Source: Takakia lepidozioides
Lineage: Eukaryota > Plantae > Bryophyta
Length of the DNA: 64,000 bases
Assembly: GCA_030704615.1 (NCBI GenBank)
Contig: CM060731.1
Span: forward strand, 80,414,001 to 80,478,000
Direction: 5' to 3'
Position numbers and translations under genes: made by a program. Under the pieces are notes generated by a model. It was not told where the DNA came from, did no database searches, and worked only from the letters and a program-made list of their open reading frames with translations. Numbering within the stretch: the first letter of the stretch is position 1; each line of letters opens with the position of its first letter. Of this stretch, positions 47,601-59,113 are shown piece after piece.

Positions 47601-50600
47601 CGTTAACAGTGACACAGCTTTTGGTGTGAGCATACAAGTTGTGGACAACTCTCCACATCTTTCCCTTGATCCCACAAGACCAGAGGCGGAACCATAGGCC
47701 ATCTCTCCACACTGTGTCATAAGCCTTTTTGACATCCAGGAAAAAGACATAAGTGGGTTTCCCTTCTTTTTTCCTTCCCTGGATAATCTGGCTTAGAGTG
47801 AAGATATGATCCACACAGCCCCTGTTTCGCCGAAAGCCAGTTTGGCCTTCGTGGAAACAACCTCTAGACTCCAGATCAACCTCGAGACGAGTACTTATAA
47901 CTCTGCAGAATGTCTTGCCAACAGCATTGAGGAGCGTGATGCCACGGTAGTTCCCCGGTTCTTCTCTGTCACCCTTCTTGTATAGATTGACAATGACCCC
48001 CTGTCGCCAGCGAAAGGGGATCATTTCAGTCTTCCAGATAAGGTTAAAGAGGAGAACTAGGGCCTCTATCATGGGATCGCCACCGTGCTTGATAAGCTCG
48101 TTGACAATACCATCAGGTCCACCAGCTTTATATCCATTTAAATGTTCAATTGCTTCCTCAGTCTCAGAAGAACTAATGGGAGCATTATAAGCCATTGAAA
48201 TATACTCCAGTTCGTCAGGGCTGTTTTGAATCATAGGAACAGTCTTTCCAACTGTGTCCCTCCATTCAGCAGAAGACCCCTCACTGTTAGACCTAGAAGT
48301 TCTGCCAAGGATACTGTAGTGAGTTTCAAAGGTTTTGACAATGTCAACCGATGAAGTCACCACTGCACCTTTAGTAGTCTTCAGCGCTTGTACTTGCTGA
48401 CCGTTTTTCGGCTTGTACAAACGTTGAAGGGCCAACCAGAATTTCTTGTCATTACCACCATGGTGGTTTGAGTTCATTTCACTGTATAACTTGTCCCAGT
48501 ATAATTTCTTCTGAGACCTAACAAGCTGATTGATATCTTTACGGAGCTGGTAGTACCTCGCCCACAATTCTCTGTTGGTTTCCAAATTGCAGCACTCTTT
48601 ATAGAGGGCTCGTCTCTCAGCTATCTTGAGTTTAATCTCATTAGTCCACCAATTAACTGCTCTACCGCAGACAATTAGTTTCCTCCCAATGATCTTGTCA
48701 GCCATGGAGGAAACGAAACTCTCCCAAGAGTCCACTGCTCTTTCGACTTCATTTCTTGCGTTAACAGAGCGTGACTGAAGTTCTTGGAGTGATTGGACAA
48801 AATGAGGGAGAGCCTCTTGCAAGGCCTGGACGTACTCAGCCTTGACCTCCTCATTGTGGAATTTTTCTATGCGCCACTTCCGAATCGAACGTTTCACAGA
48901 TCTCTTGGTGGTGGGAAAACACCTTTTGATCTCAGTCCAAACCAGGAAGTGGTCAGAGGTACCAATATCAGTTCTGTCGATCAACACATTGGCACACTGG
49001 GGGAACAAAATTTTGTCCATTATGATATAGTCCACAATGGAACATTCCCCAGTTTGGGATTTCTCACGAGTCCACTAGAGACTAGAGAGAGAGAGAGAGA
49101 GAGAGAGAATTAATGACAGGGACTTCAACGTCCACAGGGAACACCCATGACAGGGCAAAATAAAGAAAGCAGGAAACTTTACAACTTCTAGAGGAAGAAG
49201 AATAAGACGAAATTGTCCGAGGGAGGCCATGAGGGCCCTGGGAGAATGGTGCTTTCCAACCTGTGATTATACATTTATGACTTGGAAGTTTTCCACTCTA
49301 TGATTCCTCTACTTTTGTACAGATGATTGTGGAAGCTGCCGACAAGGGCGAATTGACACCCCTTGTTCTTCTTGTCATTCGGAACCGCCTTGAATTGGCA
49401 CGCCAAGATGTACGCCGCCTCTCTTTTAGGCCTTACAGGCCACCTGTCTGTTGCAGTGTAGCTGGAGTTCAATCATTAGGGCTGGTGACCTTCTGGCAGG
49501 TTCTATCAGTCCCATTCAGGGAGTAGCTGTATCCCTCTGGGGGAGGGGCTGTGGTGTGAGAGAGATTTACTTGTTGACTATGTGAAAGGTGGCTATGCTG
49601 TAAAGGGCATCAAAATTCGTGAGACATTGATCAAGGTTTGCTTTAAGGGCTGGCTTGATATTTTGAAGTGCAGAGTGTGAATTCAGCACTCTGAAAATAG
49701 AGAGCGACACAGGATCTACTCAGGAAGTTGTGCTTGCCGTGACTGGTAGTCCCTTTGTGCCCATCTTGGATGGAGAGGTAAAGGGGCATTAACTCGGCCT
49801 CCCAGATTCTTATTAGAAAGACTGTTACAATAGTTCTTCCAGTTTAGCTGTCAGTGTTGCCTTGTTCACATATGGAGGGAACAGGGGCGGAGGTCGTTGT
49901 ACTTGGGGACTAATCACAGCGAACAGTAAATATGCCGGAGACTTGCATGCATAGGAGCGGCAGATTTTCAACCCTTCCAGAGTGGTCAGACCCATCAAGG
50001 TCCCGACGTTAGTGTTTTCTGGGAGGGAGGTGGCCAAGACCTAGCATTATAGCATATGGATGCTGGGAGGGGTGCAGGATGAGAGAGATGCAATTCAAGC
50101 TCTTGATCTGCTCTACCGTCGGGTTGAGGTGTGCTTTCTCAAACCTGTTTTTTGCTAAGCCTGTTGAATTCCCCTAGTGTGTAAGTCAGAATGGTATCAT
50201 AAGAAGGGACTGGCGCTTGTACTATGACAGAGGCATCTCTGGTCTCTTATCATTTATTACGGTTCAAATTGTACAAGTCTAACCTCACAAATTTTCAGAC
50301 CACATGGATGGTCTACCCGATTCTAATGAGGTTGCTTGGCCTTTAAAACCCTTAAGAGCCCGTCCATGCAAATCCCCTGTTTTAATGACCGGGATGGTCT
50401 CTTCTCAGGAGCCAGTTTGAGCAGCTTATAGTTCCAAAAGGTCCCATTCTTATGATGCTATCATCCATAACCTTGCAACGGGGCTGTCGAGTTTGGATGC
50501 ACACAAGTGCCTCTGTGAGCGCGTTAAGGGCAGTTGCGGGAAAATAAGTATATACCTGCAGCTGAGCTGCAGTAAGCTAAACCCTGGTGGGTGCAAACCC

Positions 50601-52070
50601 CACAAAGGCTCCAGGAGGGTTAGTTTCCCACGGGGTCTATGGCCATAAGGCTATGGCAAGCCAACGTCCGCAGGGAACGGCATGAGTACCTCTTATGATG
50701 CTATCAAGGTTCACAAATGTGGTCTTCGGAAGAATATTCACAGGCTTTATCTCAAAGTGCCTGTGTCAGAATCATCTACAATGATCAGTGGTCCTCAGGA
50801 TTGTCACAATCAAGCGTCTTATTGTTGAGGTAAAGCGGCTGTAACTATGGAAAGATAGAACGGTACTGAAATGACCAGAATCCACTATCATGTACTTCTA
50901 TCTATTGAATCTGCTATGCCAAGCAGATTGGTGATATAGTGAATTTTAACGTGCATGACTTTGCTTTTGGAGAGGTGGGCAGCCTCTACCCTTCTTCAGA
51001 GTCCAAATTAGTGTTCCCAACCACATGATAGCAATACATATGATATGTGCACTGAACAGACAGAATAGTGGGTTAAACCATTTGCAATGGCATATTTTGA
51101 AGCTGTCTAGGAAAAATATAATGCTTACAGGAAAAGAATGGGTTATCTGCTTCTGAACCAAATTTTAAGAAAAGTCTGTAGGAAGTAGCAGCCTTGCATT
51201 TTAAGTAGTTTTATTATTTATCTTGTATTGAATCAGAATTGGGATTTGAGTACTGAGATTCCATTAATAATCGTTTTATTTGGTGTCAGATGGAAATGCT
51301 GCAGAGAGAGGCCAGCCCAGCTATGCAGTTGCTGAATGAGCTCTTGAATTTGCACTCTGGGTTCAGTGATGAAGAGTGGTTGCAGAGATCGCGAAAGTCT
51401 ATGCTCAAAATCTTCCCTCCAGAGGATGTGTTCAGTTTTATTGGACCGCCTGGCATGGATCTCTCGACTGTATGCAACCTTTCTCTGTCCAATCATTTGT
51501 TTGTCTGGCCATCTGTTCTCTTTGTTTTTCTTTCCTCACAGCAAATCCTATGATCACTGATGACCTCCATTTTTTTTTGTTGGAAGCTTAGAAATCATGA
51601 AGTCTCAATCTATAGCTGCACTGCTCTATGTGTGTCGGGTTCATCAATTTCTGTACTGTTACGAACCTGAGGTTTTGGCATAGGGATTTCTTCTGTTAGG
51701 GTAAGGGCTTTTACCCTCCCAGGGTTTCTCATTGCCTCAATTTTACACGTATGATGTATTAGCTTCTCTGTTCTGATCAGAGCTCTATAACTTGCAAAGA
51801 TAAGCCCATTGGAGTCCCTGTTTGTCGATGTTTGCTTACCAGCACATGGGTCCAATCGAAGTACCTGAAGAAGACGACGTTCTTTTGCGGATTGATTTCA
51901 TAAGGGAAGTTGATGAACTGCTTGCCGAACTAGAGTCTCAGCCAGAGATACAACCTGTAAGCGGGTTTGATGCCCAATCTGTGGCCATCCGACTCCGGCA
52001 GCAAGAAAAACTGAGGACAATACAGCAAGTGAAGGATTTGAGAAAGTTAGCTGCAACTCTGACGTGGTGA
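38637..52070 (+). CDS. PAC: PALE CRESS chloroplast protein homologue, 327 aa, 7 exons: 38637-38757, 38842-38963, 39181-39375, 49323-49409, 50078-50128, 51290-51469, 51843-52070
   Basis: All introns GT-AG with consistent phases (984 nt open frame). Peptides EYRKIGLQLKGYP..SWIRAGEEVEE, EAADKGELTPLVLLVIRNRLELAR, DERDAIQALDLLYRRVE, REASPAMQLLNELLN, LLRIDFIREVDELL, QQEKLRTI..LTW* match Arabidopsis PAC as recalled; Ser/Arg-rich transit-peptide-like N-terminus. Exons 1-2 are less certain than 3-7. Confidence 0.93.
39588..39727 (-). mobile_element. Two stacked very short LINE-type 3'-end fragments in a (GA)n tract
   Basis: 39588-39657 resembles the LINE 3' end (..ATGGCCA..CGTCTTATGAGTAC); 39668-39727 matches the 3' end of the 50464-50690 insertion. 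Confidence 0.75.
39728..41370. repeat. Diverged tandem duplication (~39728-40470 and ~40510-41370) in PAC intron 3
   Basis: Shared anchors CTTGTCTTGACAAGAAAGGATCTGTCT, TTCTCATATCTGCAA and GAATGGCAGGCCCT; each copy begins at (GA)n. Confidence 0.8.
41948..46078 (-). mobile_element. Near full-length non-LTR retrotransposon (N-terminal region, APE endonuclease, RT, C-terminal CCHC), copy 1; RT core deleted; 5' UTR may continue to 49239
   Basis: ATFNFSGL, GDFNA, SDH (APE); PGNYRGITLL, QTGFR, FLDVKKAYD, QGCTLSP (RT); CPLC..H....C; ~760 bp including FADD missing at ~42677 relative to copy 2; 3' terminal ~65 nt duplicated. Confidence 0.95.
44888..45305 (-). repeat. In-frame 141-bp (47-aa) tandem repeat x3 upstream of the APE domain
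   Basis: FGTLNGLPILKVYTRR repeated three times; anchor TTGGTAAACC at 44940, 45081, 45222. Confidence 0.92.
46094..49077 (-). mobile_element. 5'-truncated young LINE copy 2 (826-aa ORF, intact FADD) with 15-bp TSD
   Basis: ORFs 46555-49035 and 46100-46597; TSD GAGACTAGAGAGAGA at 46079-46093 and 49078-49092; near-identical to copy 1. Confidence 0.96.
50464..50690 (+). mobile_element. 227-bp retroposed insertion (truncated second LINE subfamily or SINE) with 16-bp TSD in PAC intron 5
   Basis: TSD TCTTATGATGCTATCA at 50448-50463 and 50691-50706; ends GGGGTCTATGGCCATAAGGCTATGGC...ATGAGTACC like the LINE 3' end. Confidence 0.85.
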
Positions 52071-53395
52071 TGCCAAACATTTCACCTCTGTTAGACATCT
52101 AAGTAGGCGGCATAGGATGTCTCTGTGAGTCATTGGGCCCTTTTTGGATCAACGTTTTTTGCAACATTGTGCTAGCAAGTAGGAATGATGACTGTTAATA
52201 CCAGTCACTCAAAGCCCTTCGGCTATGTCCATTTTGGTTTTCTGAGGAGAGGCAAGACACTGATACAAATATCTCTCGCATTGTGGATTCTGGTGGCGAT
52301 TCGTTGGTTTGTAACTCAAACTGATGAAGACACATTGAATCCAGTGAGGGAGAGAGAGAGGTGGAAGAGGGGATCAGCCCCACTGTAGTGCCAAATGATT
52401 GTGTACAAATATAGGACATACTGATCGCGAGGTTCTTTAGCTCTATCACACAAAGATGCTTAGCTTTCAGCTTGTTGTATTTGGATTTCGCTAGACACTC
52501 ATCAGCATCTAGATGACGTGGTTGTTTATCAGTACTTGTTCTTATTATTCTACTCAATAAACAGTTGATAACGAGCCTTAATTTCTTCCATTTCATCCTT
52601 TTCAGCCTCTTTCAACAGCTTACCCATGTCTTTAGCTCTCTCAGCAATCACCTGTGAACAACTACAAACAAGGCTCAACTGGTACACAAGTATCTGTTGA
52701 TAGAAGTCGGGAATACTGGCAGTTTCTTTGTGATGAGGACTTCTGAAGAAGACGCTCCTGACAATTGCATCACCGTTGATTCAGTGGTTATGACCACCAA
52801 AACGTTCTGAGATCACGGAGGATGCCTCTCCCCAAAATAAAGAGGTAAAATGGGCATTGGGTAATCTCAAGAGTGAATGAAACACGGTAGTGGCAGGCTC
52901 TGCCTTGGTGCCCTATTAGGGCACCTTCATCACTGTTGGGTTATCAATTTTTCAATACGAACAGTTATGGTCACAGTTCGCCCATGTGGGCTCCACCTCT
53001 GCTTAATTCACCCCACTTGTTCCCCACACAAACTCTGTTAAGCTGTAGGCCAGAAATCATCGACTATCCATAAATCATCCAAGGAACTATCTACAGTCCA
53101 TCAATTCGTATATTTTTATTCATTGTATGAGCCAATAGATAAAATGTGAATTACAAATTAATTTAATTTTTTTTATTTGTATCTATTGCCCGGAGCGACC
53201 GTTCACAAATCAAGCCCTTTAAGTATAGTGAGAGGGTGCGCTTCCTTGGGGGCGTCATATATACCGTCCCTGGACAACCGTTTAGGCATTTTTGCGCCTA
53301 ATAATAAATTCAATCAATCAGCAAATTGGCATGTGTTGAAAACCATTTCTCACATTAGGCATCTTCATGCTATAATTTTTTAGAATTAGGCACAT

Positions 53396-53893
53396 TGTAA
53401 TGGCCAGATTCCTTCCACCTACCATTTTGTCATTGGATGAACAGATGATTGGATGATGACCGTTGAAAAAGGGTTTGGATGAAACAGCTGGAGACAATCT
53501 ATTTTTAAACTAAGTATTGTCTTTTGTTAACAGCTAGTTTATCTCTAAAATAGAATGAGGTGGCGTCCTATCTGGATAGACACCCGGATGGCATTCAGGT
53601 GACCAATCAAGACATGCCACTTGGTCAGATAAGATTGTGGGCCTTCGTTTATAAAAAGGATCAACACGACGCTTAAGGCGGCGGTGTATGTTTGGTGTAA
53701 AACCCTATTGTACATGTGTGTGAGTTTTGGATGAAAGGGCTGTGAATAAGGATGTGCTGTTAGGTTGGGTGAATGATTCTGTCTCCTCTACCTTGGATCC
53801 TGCCTATCTCGCTAGCCTGCTTTACCGAGCATACATTCCCCTTATAGCTTGATACCCCGAGAGGAAGAGGAATAACGGGGTGGGCGAGAATCT
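53396..53893 (+). repeat. 5' LTR of element C (ends GAGAATCT, no terminal CA)
   Basis: Direct repeat of 60731-61211 (about 10 substitutions and one 17-bp indel by eye). Confidence 0.93.
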
Positions 53894-53904
53894 TGGTGGA
53901 GATG
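53894..53904 (+). promoter_or_regulatory. Primer-binding site, tRNA-Ala type (TGGTGGAGATG)
   Basis: Abuts the end of LTR homology; complementary to the ..AUCUCCACCA 3' end typical of eukaryotic tRNA-Ala. Confidence 0.75.
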
Positions 53905-53966
53905 GTTGTGTTTTTGCTTGCTCCTGGTTTTCACAGTATCTGCTTCTACTTCTGTAACCTGCAGCG

Positions 53967-54897
53967 ATGGCCTCGTCTTCTGATCCTTTCACTGCCGTTG
54001 AGCCCAAGGAGTACAAGGACACTCCTGCTGGTCATTTTGAGTCGATTTTCGCCAGCATTGTGCGTGCTTCGGTTGATCCTAGTCTGGTGGTTGAAGTTGA
54101 TTATCCGCCCCTTGGTGCAGCTGTTGAACGCCCTGAATTAGTCCTTGACACCCCTTTTGATCACTGGGTGGCTCAGTTTGAGTTGACTGCTGCGTTGGAA
54201 GGTTTGAAGCCCACCCACACCCCCCAAGAAGAAGCGGAGCAGCGGCGGAAGTGTATTCAGGCCTTTAGAAGGGGCCCGAGCGGCCAAGGCCGTGCAGCGA
54301 CTCTTTGCTGCGGAGATAGCTCGCAAGCTTCCACTACCTGAGGCCAAAGATAAACTTTTGAAGGATTGCCGGCTGTCGTGGGCTGAACTAGGTATTCTGC
54401 AATTCACCGTCGTTGGGGAGGTTGATGGCGAGTGTGAGAACTTCATTCCGCCCAACTTGCCCAGTGCGCATCGTTTGTGGGAGCTGGTCAAAGGTGGCAG
54501 TTTGCTTGTCTTGGCCAACTTGCGGCCTACCTGGAAACCTGACGACAATGTGGACATCACCTGGGATGACCATGTCACAGGCATTCATGTCTCTCGCTTT
54601 CCTCATACTGTGCATGATATTTTGATTTTCCCTGCTCTTGTGTTTAGACAGAAATGATTGGGTTACTACTTGCCTGGCTTTCCTGTTACTGATTATCCAG
54701 TGCACACACTGCTTGCCAAAGAAAAGCTTATTCGCTCCATAGTTCGTGTGGCTTTCTGGCTCAAAGTGGACGAAGAGTTGTGGCACTCTCTGGGTGAAGG
54801 TGTTTACATGCTTCATAAACACCGGTTCATAAGTGGCTATTGTATCAAGGACTGGGAGTCCAAATTGCGTCCTGCACGAACCTCCAGTAGAAGGTAA
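53967..54897 (+). pseudogene. Extra ORF of unknown function upstream of gag (~310 codons; one frameshift, one stop)
   Basis: ORFs 53967-54341, 54292-54657 and 54658-54897 are contiguous between PBS and gag and have globular-like composition. Confidence 0.6.
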
Positions 54898-54932
54898 CCA
54901 CTTTGTTTTTTTTACAAACCTGATCAACTACA

Positions 54933-56140
54933 ATGTCTGTCACTACTCGGTCTGGCAAAGAGCCCTGGAATATGCTAGATGAGTTGCATGATGTGGATCT
55001 TACTGATGATGTGAAAGATGATGGTGATGCTCTTCCTGATCCTATGTGTGAAACTTTGTCTCCTGAAGAGCCACGGCCACCCCAGGGGTCCCTCCAGCCT
55101 CTGGTAATGTGCCTAACCTCAATATTCAGGGCATTTGTGATGTTATGGTTACGCTATCTAGTTGTCCAGCTATGCAGCTCTTTTTGGATAAACAAGTAGG
55201 TTCGCCTTCAGTTACCACGCTCAAGGACGTTCATCGTGCTCACAAAAGGCCTTATCCTGACTATGAGGTAGGCCAAGACTTTGACAACTTTCTCAATTTT
55301 TTCGAGATGAGTGTCAAATTCAATGAGCTGCCAGCTTCTATGATTACTGATTCCTTTCGTTTTTGTCTCAAAGGTGAGGCTCGTGATCTCTTTGAAGCTA
55401 GTATCAAGGATCAGGGTGACTTGCGATGGGGAGTGGCCAAGCAGTTGGCGCTTCAGTTGTTTCGTACAGACATGCCCATCAATTACACCATGCCCGATCA
55501 TCCTTATCAACCTGGTGAGAGTATTTGGAAATACTATACTGACTTGAAAACCACGGTGGTCAAGGCCATTCCGGTACCCTCTGAACGTACTGCCATTCTA
55601 AAAACCTACTTTATTACTGGATTGTCTGCCTCTGATCAAGTTTACCTACAAAAGCATCCTTATCGCAATGAGCAGCATATGGTAGAGATGATGGATGAGC
55701 GCATGCGGTTTAAGAATGCTAAACTAGGCAAAGGTTGTCAGCCTGTTGTTCATTCTGCTCCTCAGCAGGTTTCCTACTATTCTCATGGGATTGCCATGAT
55801 TAAGGGTGGCTCTACAGAGGCCTCTCCCACATTGCTGGAGGAAGTTAAAAATCTACAACAAGAGCTGCATATTCAGCTTCAGGCTGTGAGGGCAGAAGGA
55901 TCCTGGAGGGCTGCACCTGTCAAGCCTCCTCCGGCTGACTCTCATCGTGGCCACACTCAGACTGGCCCACGGTATGAGGTACAAGGTAAACGTGTGGCCT
56001 GTTTCATTTGTGGGTCCCTGGAGCACTGGACTCACTTCTGCACTTATGCCGCTCTTGTCCCTGGTATGATTGAAGAACACAAACGCATTCAATGTGAACA
56101 GCGGGGCAAACAGCCTTTAAACGAACCCGATCGCTTGTAA
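54933..56140 (+). pseudogene. gag of element C (one frameshift near the N-terminus)
   Basis: MSVTTRSG start; LKGEARDLFE and YQPGESIWKYY..L capsid-like motifs; CFICGSLEHWTHFC zinc knuckle. Confidence 0.88.
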
Positions 56141-56199
56141 AGGGGCCAAGCGGTCATTCTTCCCCACACTTTGCACAAGATGACTCCATTGTTTATGTT

Positions 56200-58849
56200 A
56201 TGTTGTCCAATGAATTCAAAATGATGCATTGCGAAGCCAACAGGAAGCTTAGGAAGGAGAGAGTTCACCCTCTCATGACTCAATGTCACATAGGGCACCT
56301 CTCGTTTTCATGTGTTGTTGACACAGGCTGTACCATGTCTGCTGTTCCATTGTCTGTGGTTCGATTACTTGGTCTCAAGCTCACTCCAGCCAAGGGTCTG
56401 CAGGTGACCATTGCAGATGGCACACGTTATGAGCCTCTAGGTTTGGTCACCGTTCCCATCAAAGTCAGTTGCAAGTCGGTCACACTGACTTGTATTATCA
56501 CCATTGGTGAACAGTTGCTATTAGGCTTGGATTGGATGTGTGCTGCAGGGGCCAAAATTGATGTGGTTGAAAACGTCATGTGGCTTGCCAATGGGGCTCC
56601 CCCCCCCCCCCCCCCCATAAGGTGCAGCTCAACTCTGTTTCCCTGCTTGCTGGTTGTGCCACTGCACACCTTTCCCACATACGCACCCTTGTTGCTGAAA
56701 CCAAGCGGCAGGTGGGTGAGCAATACAACTGGACACGTTACTTTAACTTTGCCAAGACGGCTCCCCTCACCCTGTATCAATGGCAGCTCCATTTGCCTGA
56801 TAAGAAGAGTGGCCCTCCCATTCCAATCCCAGGTAACACCACTCTTCTTCACAATCCCACTGACTTTGTCATACCTGCCTCCTCCCAAAAAATTGTTTCT
56901 CTTGGCCTCACCTTTCTTTGTCCACAAGGTCATTATCTTGAAGTTGAGGGGTGGAAACGTTTGATGCTTTCCAAACATTGTTTGATTGCATCTGGAGTGC
57001 TAGATCGGGGCTTTTGTGGGGAGCTTCGCCTTCTTGTTGCCAACCCAGAACACATTCCTATCACCGTCCGCAAGGGTCAGGTCCTCGCTCGACTCACTGC
57101 CACTCCCTTAACAGATTTAGGAGAGGTGCAACATGCTTTAAGTTTTGCTGATATTGGCCTGTCAGATGATCCTATTGATCAATTGCATCTCTTAGCCCAA
57201 TCTGTCGCTGCACCCCAGGTTCGTCCCCTCACTCCTGCGCAATCTGCTCATCTTGATCAAGTTCTGACTGATATCAAAATAGGCTCTGGTCTCACTGACA
57301 TTGAGAGGTCTCGTTTATATCATATCATTCGTGACAATCTGGATGTTTTCAGTGCTGGTTCTCATGATTTGGGACGTACCGAGGTCCTCCACCATGACAT
57401 TGTCACTGATGGTAGCCCTGTCAAACAATACGCTTATAGATAAAGTGTCAAAGAACGTGAAATTATGCAACTCGAACTGACCAAGATGTTGGATGCAGGT
57501 GTTATTAAACCCTATATTTCCCCCTGGGCTAGTCCCATCGTCTTGGTTGCCAAAAAGGATGGTACCACTCGTTTATGCGTTGATTTTCGACGGCTCAATG
57601 CCCTGACTAAGAAAGATGTATATCCTTTACCTCACATTAATGATACTTTGGATCAACTCAATGGTGCCACTCTCTTCTCTTCCTTGGACCTTGCTGTGGG
57701 TTTTTGGCAAGTCCCCCTCACAGAGTCAGCCAAGGGAAAGACTGCGTTTACCTGTAAGATGGGTCTCTTTCAGTTTGAAACCATGCCTTTTGGATTATGT
57801 AATGCCACAACCACCTTTCAACGCCTCATGGATGTTGTTCTAGGCAACTTGCGCTGGGAATGTGCCTTGGTCTATGTTGATGACATCAACGTTTACTCCG
57901 CTGACTTTGACTCTCACATGTTGGATCTGAAGCGCGTTTTGTGCAGGCTTAGAGGTGTAGGTCTCAAAGTGAAAGCCAAGAAATGTGACTTATGCATGAC
58001 GGAGCTTCACTTTCTTGGCCACCTTCTCTCAGCCCAAGGCATTAGCCCTGACCCTACCAAAATTCAGGCTGTCTGGAACTATCTTACTCCACGTGACAAA
58101 AATTGTGTCCGTGCTTTCTTGGGTTGGCCTCTTACTATCGTCGTTTCATTAAACACTTTGCTCACATTGCTGCTGCGCTTAATCAGTTGTTATGCAAAGA
58201 TGTTCGCTTTCTTTGGGGCAAGTCCCAAATCACTGCTTTTGAGAAACTCAAAATTGCCCTCACCACTGCACCCATTCTGGTCTTTCCTGATTTCTCCCTT
58301 CCTTTTATTCTTCAGACTGATGCCTCTGACCTGGCTGTTTCAGCTATTCTATGCCAAAAGAGAAATGGCAGGGAACATGTTGTGGCCTATTCTTCCAGGC
58401 GGCTTGACAAACACGAGAAGAACTATAGTATTACTGATAAAGAAGGACTTGCCATTATTTTTGGGGTCAAACATTTTCGGCAGTATCTATATGGCTACCC
58501 CTTTGTTATTCAGACTGATCATCTTCCATTGAAGGCTCTCAAAACCCCACGGGCACTCTCGGGACGCTTGGCTCGCTGGTCACTCACTCTTCAGATGTTT
58601 GAATATGACATTGAGTATAAGAAGGGCAAAGCCAACAGCAATGCTGACGCTCTCACACGCACGGAGATTAAGTCCTCTGACCCTTATATCACCTTAGATG
58701 ACCTTGCACACTGCTCACCATCTGGTGCTTCACCCTTCCCTTCTTCTTCTCCTGAAGGATCCGATTTACTTGCCTTGATTGCCTTTGTTCCTCTTCTTCC
58801 ACCTGATCTCATGTCTGAATGGGATTTGCTATCCTTTTCTGCTGGCTGA
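56200..58849 (+). pseudogene. pol of element C: protease, dUTPase-like domain (~56860-57110), RT, RNase H
   Basis: VDTGCTMS; GVLDRGFCGELRLLVAN..ITVRKGQVLARL; SPWASPIVLV, CVDFRRLN, MPFGLCNA, YVDD; QTDASD, TDHLPL, NADALTR. Frameshifts at the poly-C run (~56600) and ~58120; stop at 57441. Confidence 0.93.
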
Positions 58850-59113
58850 ATTTGGTTTAGAGTGTTGTAATGTCACTGTGGTCATATTCTAGGTATGATA
58901 TCACTCTCTCTTCTATGATTACGCTGTCCCTTTCTGCTTCCAGTTATGGTTTTGGCACTGAATCCTCTCCATAGGGAATCTGCTTCTGTGCTTCATTGTC
59001 CTTGGTTGCATCTTCATGAAGTCCCCCTTGTCATTCAGTTGAGCTGGCAGCCATTCCCTGGAGATAACTGAGGCGGACACTCCGATAGGCTCACACTAAC
59101 CCAAGGGCTGGCT

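Noticed and set aside
49200-49240. HDV-like ribozyme at the putative LINE 5' end (GGCCCTC ATGG CC TCCCTCG)
   Set aside because: No complementary P1 3' strand or remaining pseudoknot elements found.
52400-52820. Coiled-coil exon-like stretch on the minus strand (VIAERAKDMGKLLKEAEKDEMEEIKARY)
   Set aside because: Followed by an in-frame stop, no linked exons or homologue recognised; cannot be supported as a gene.
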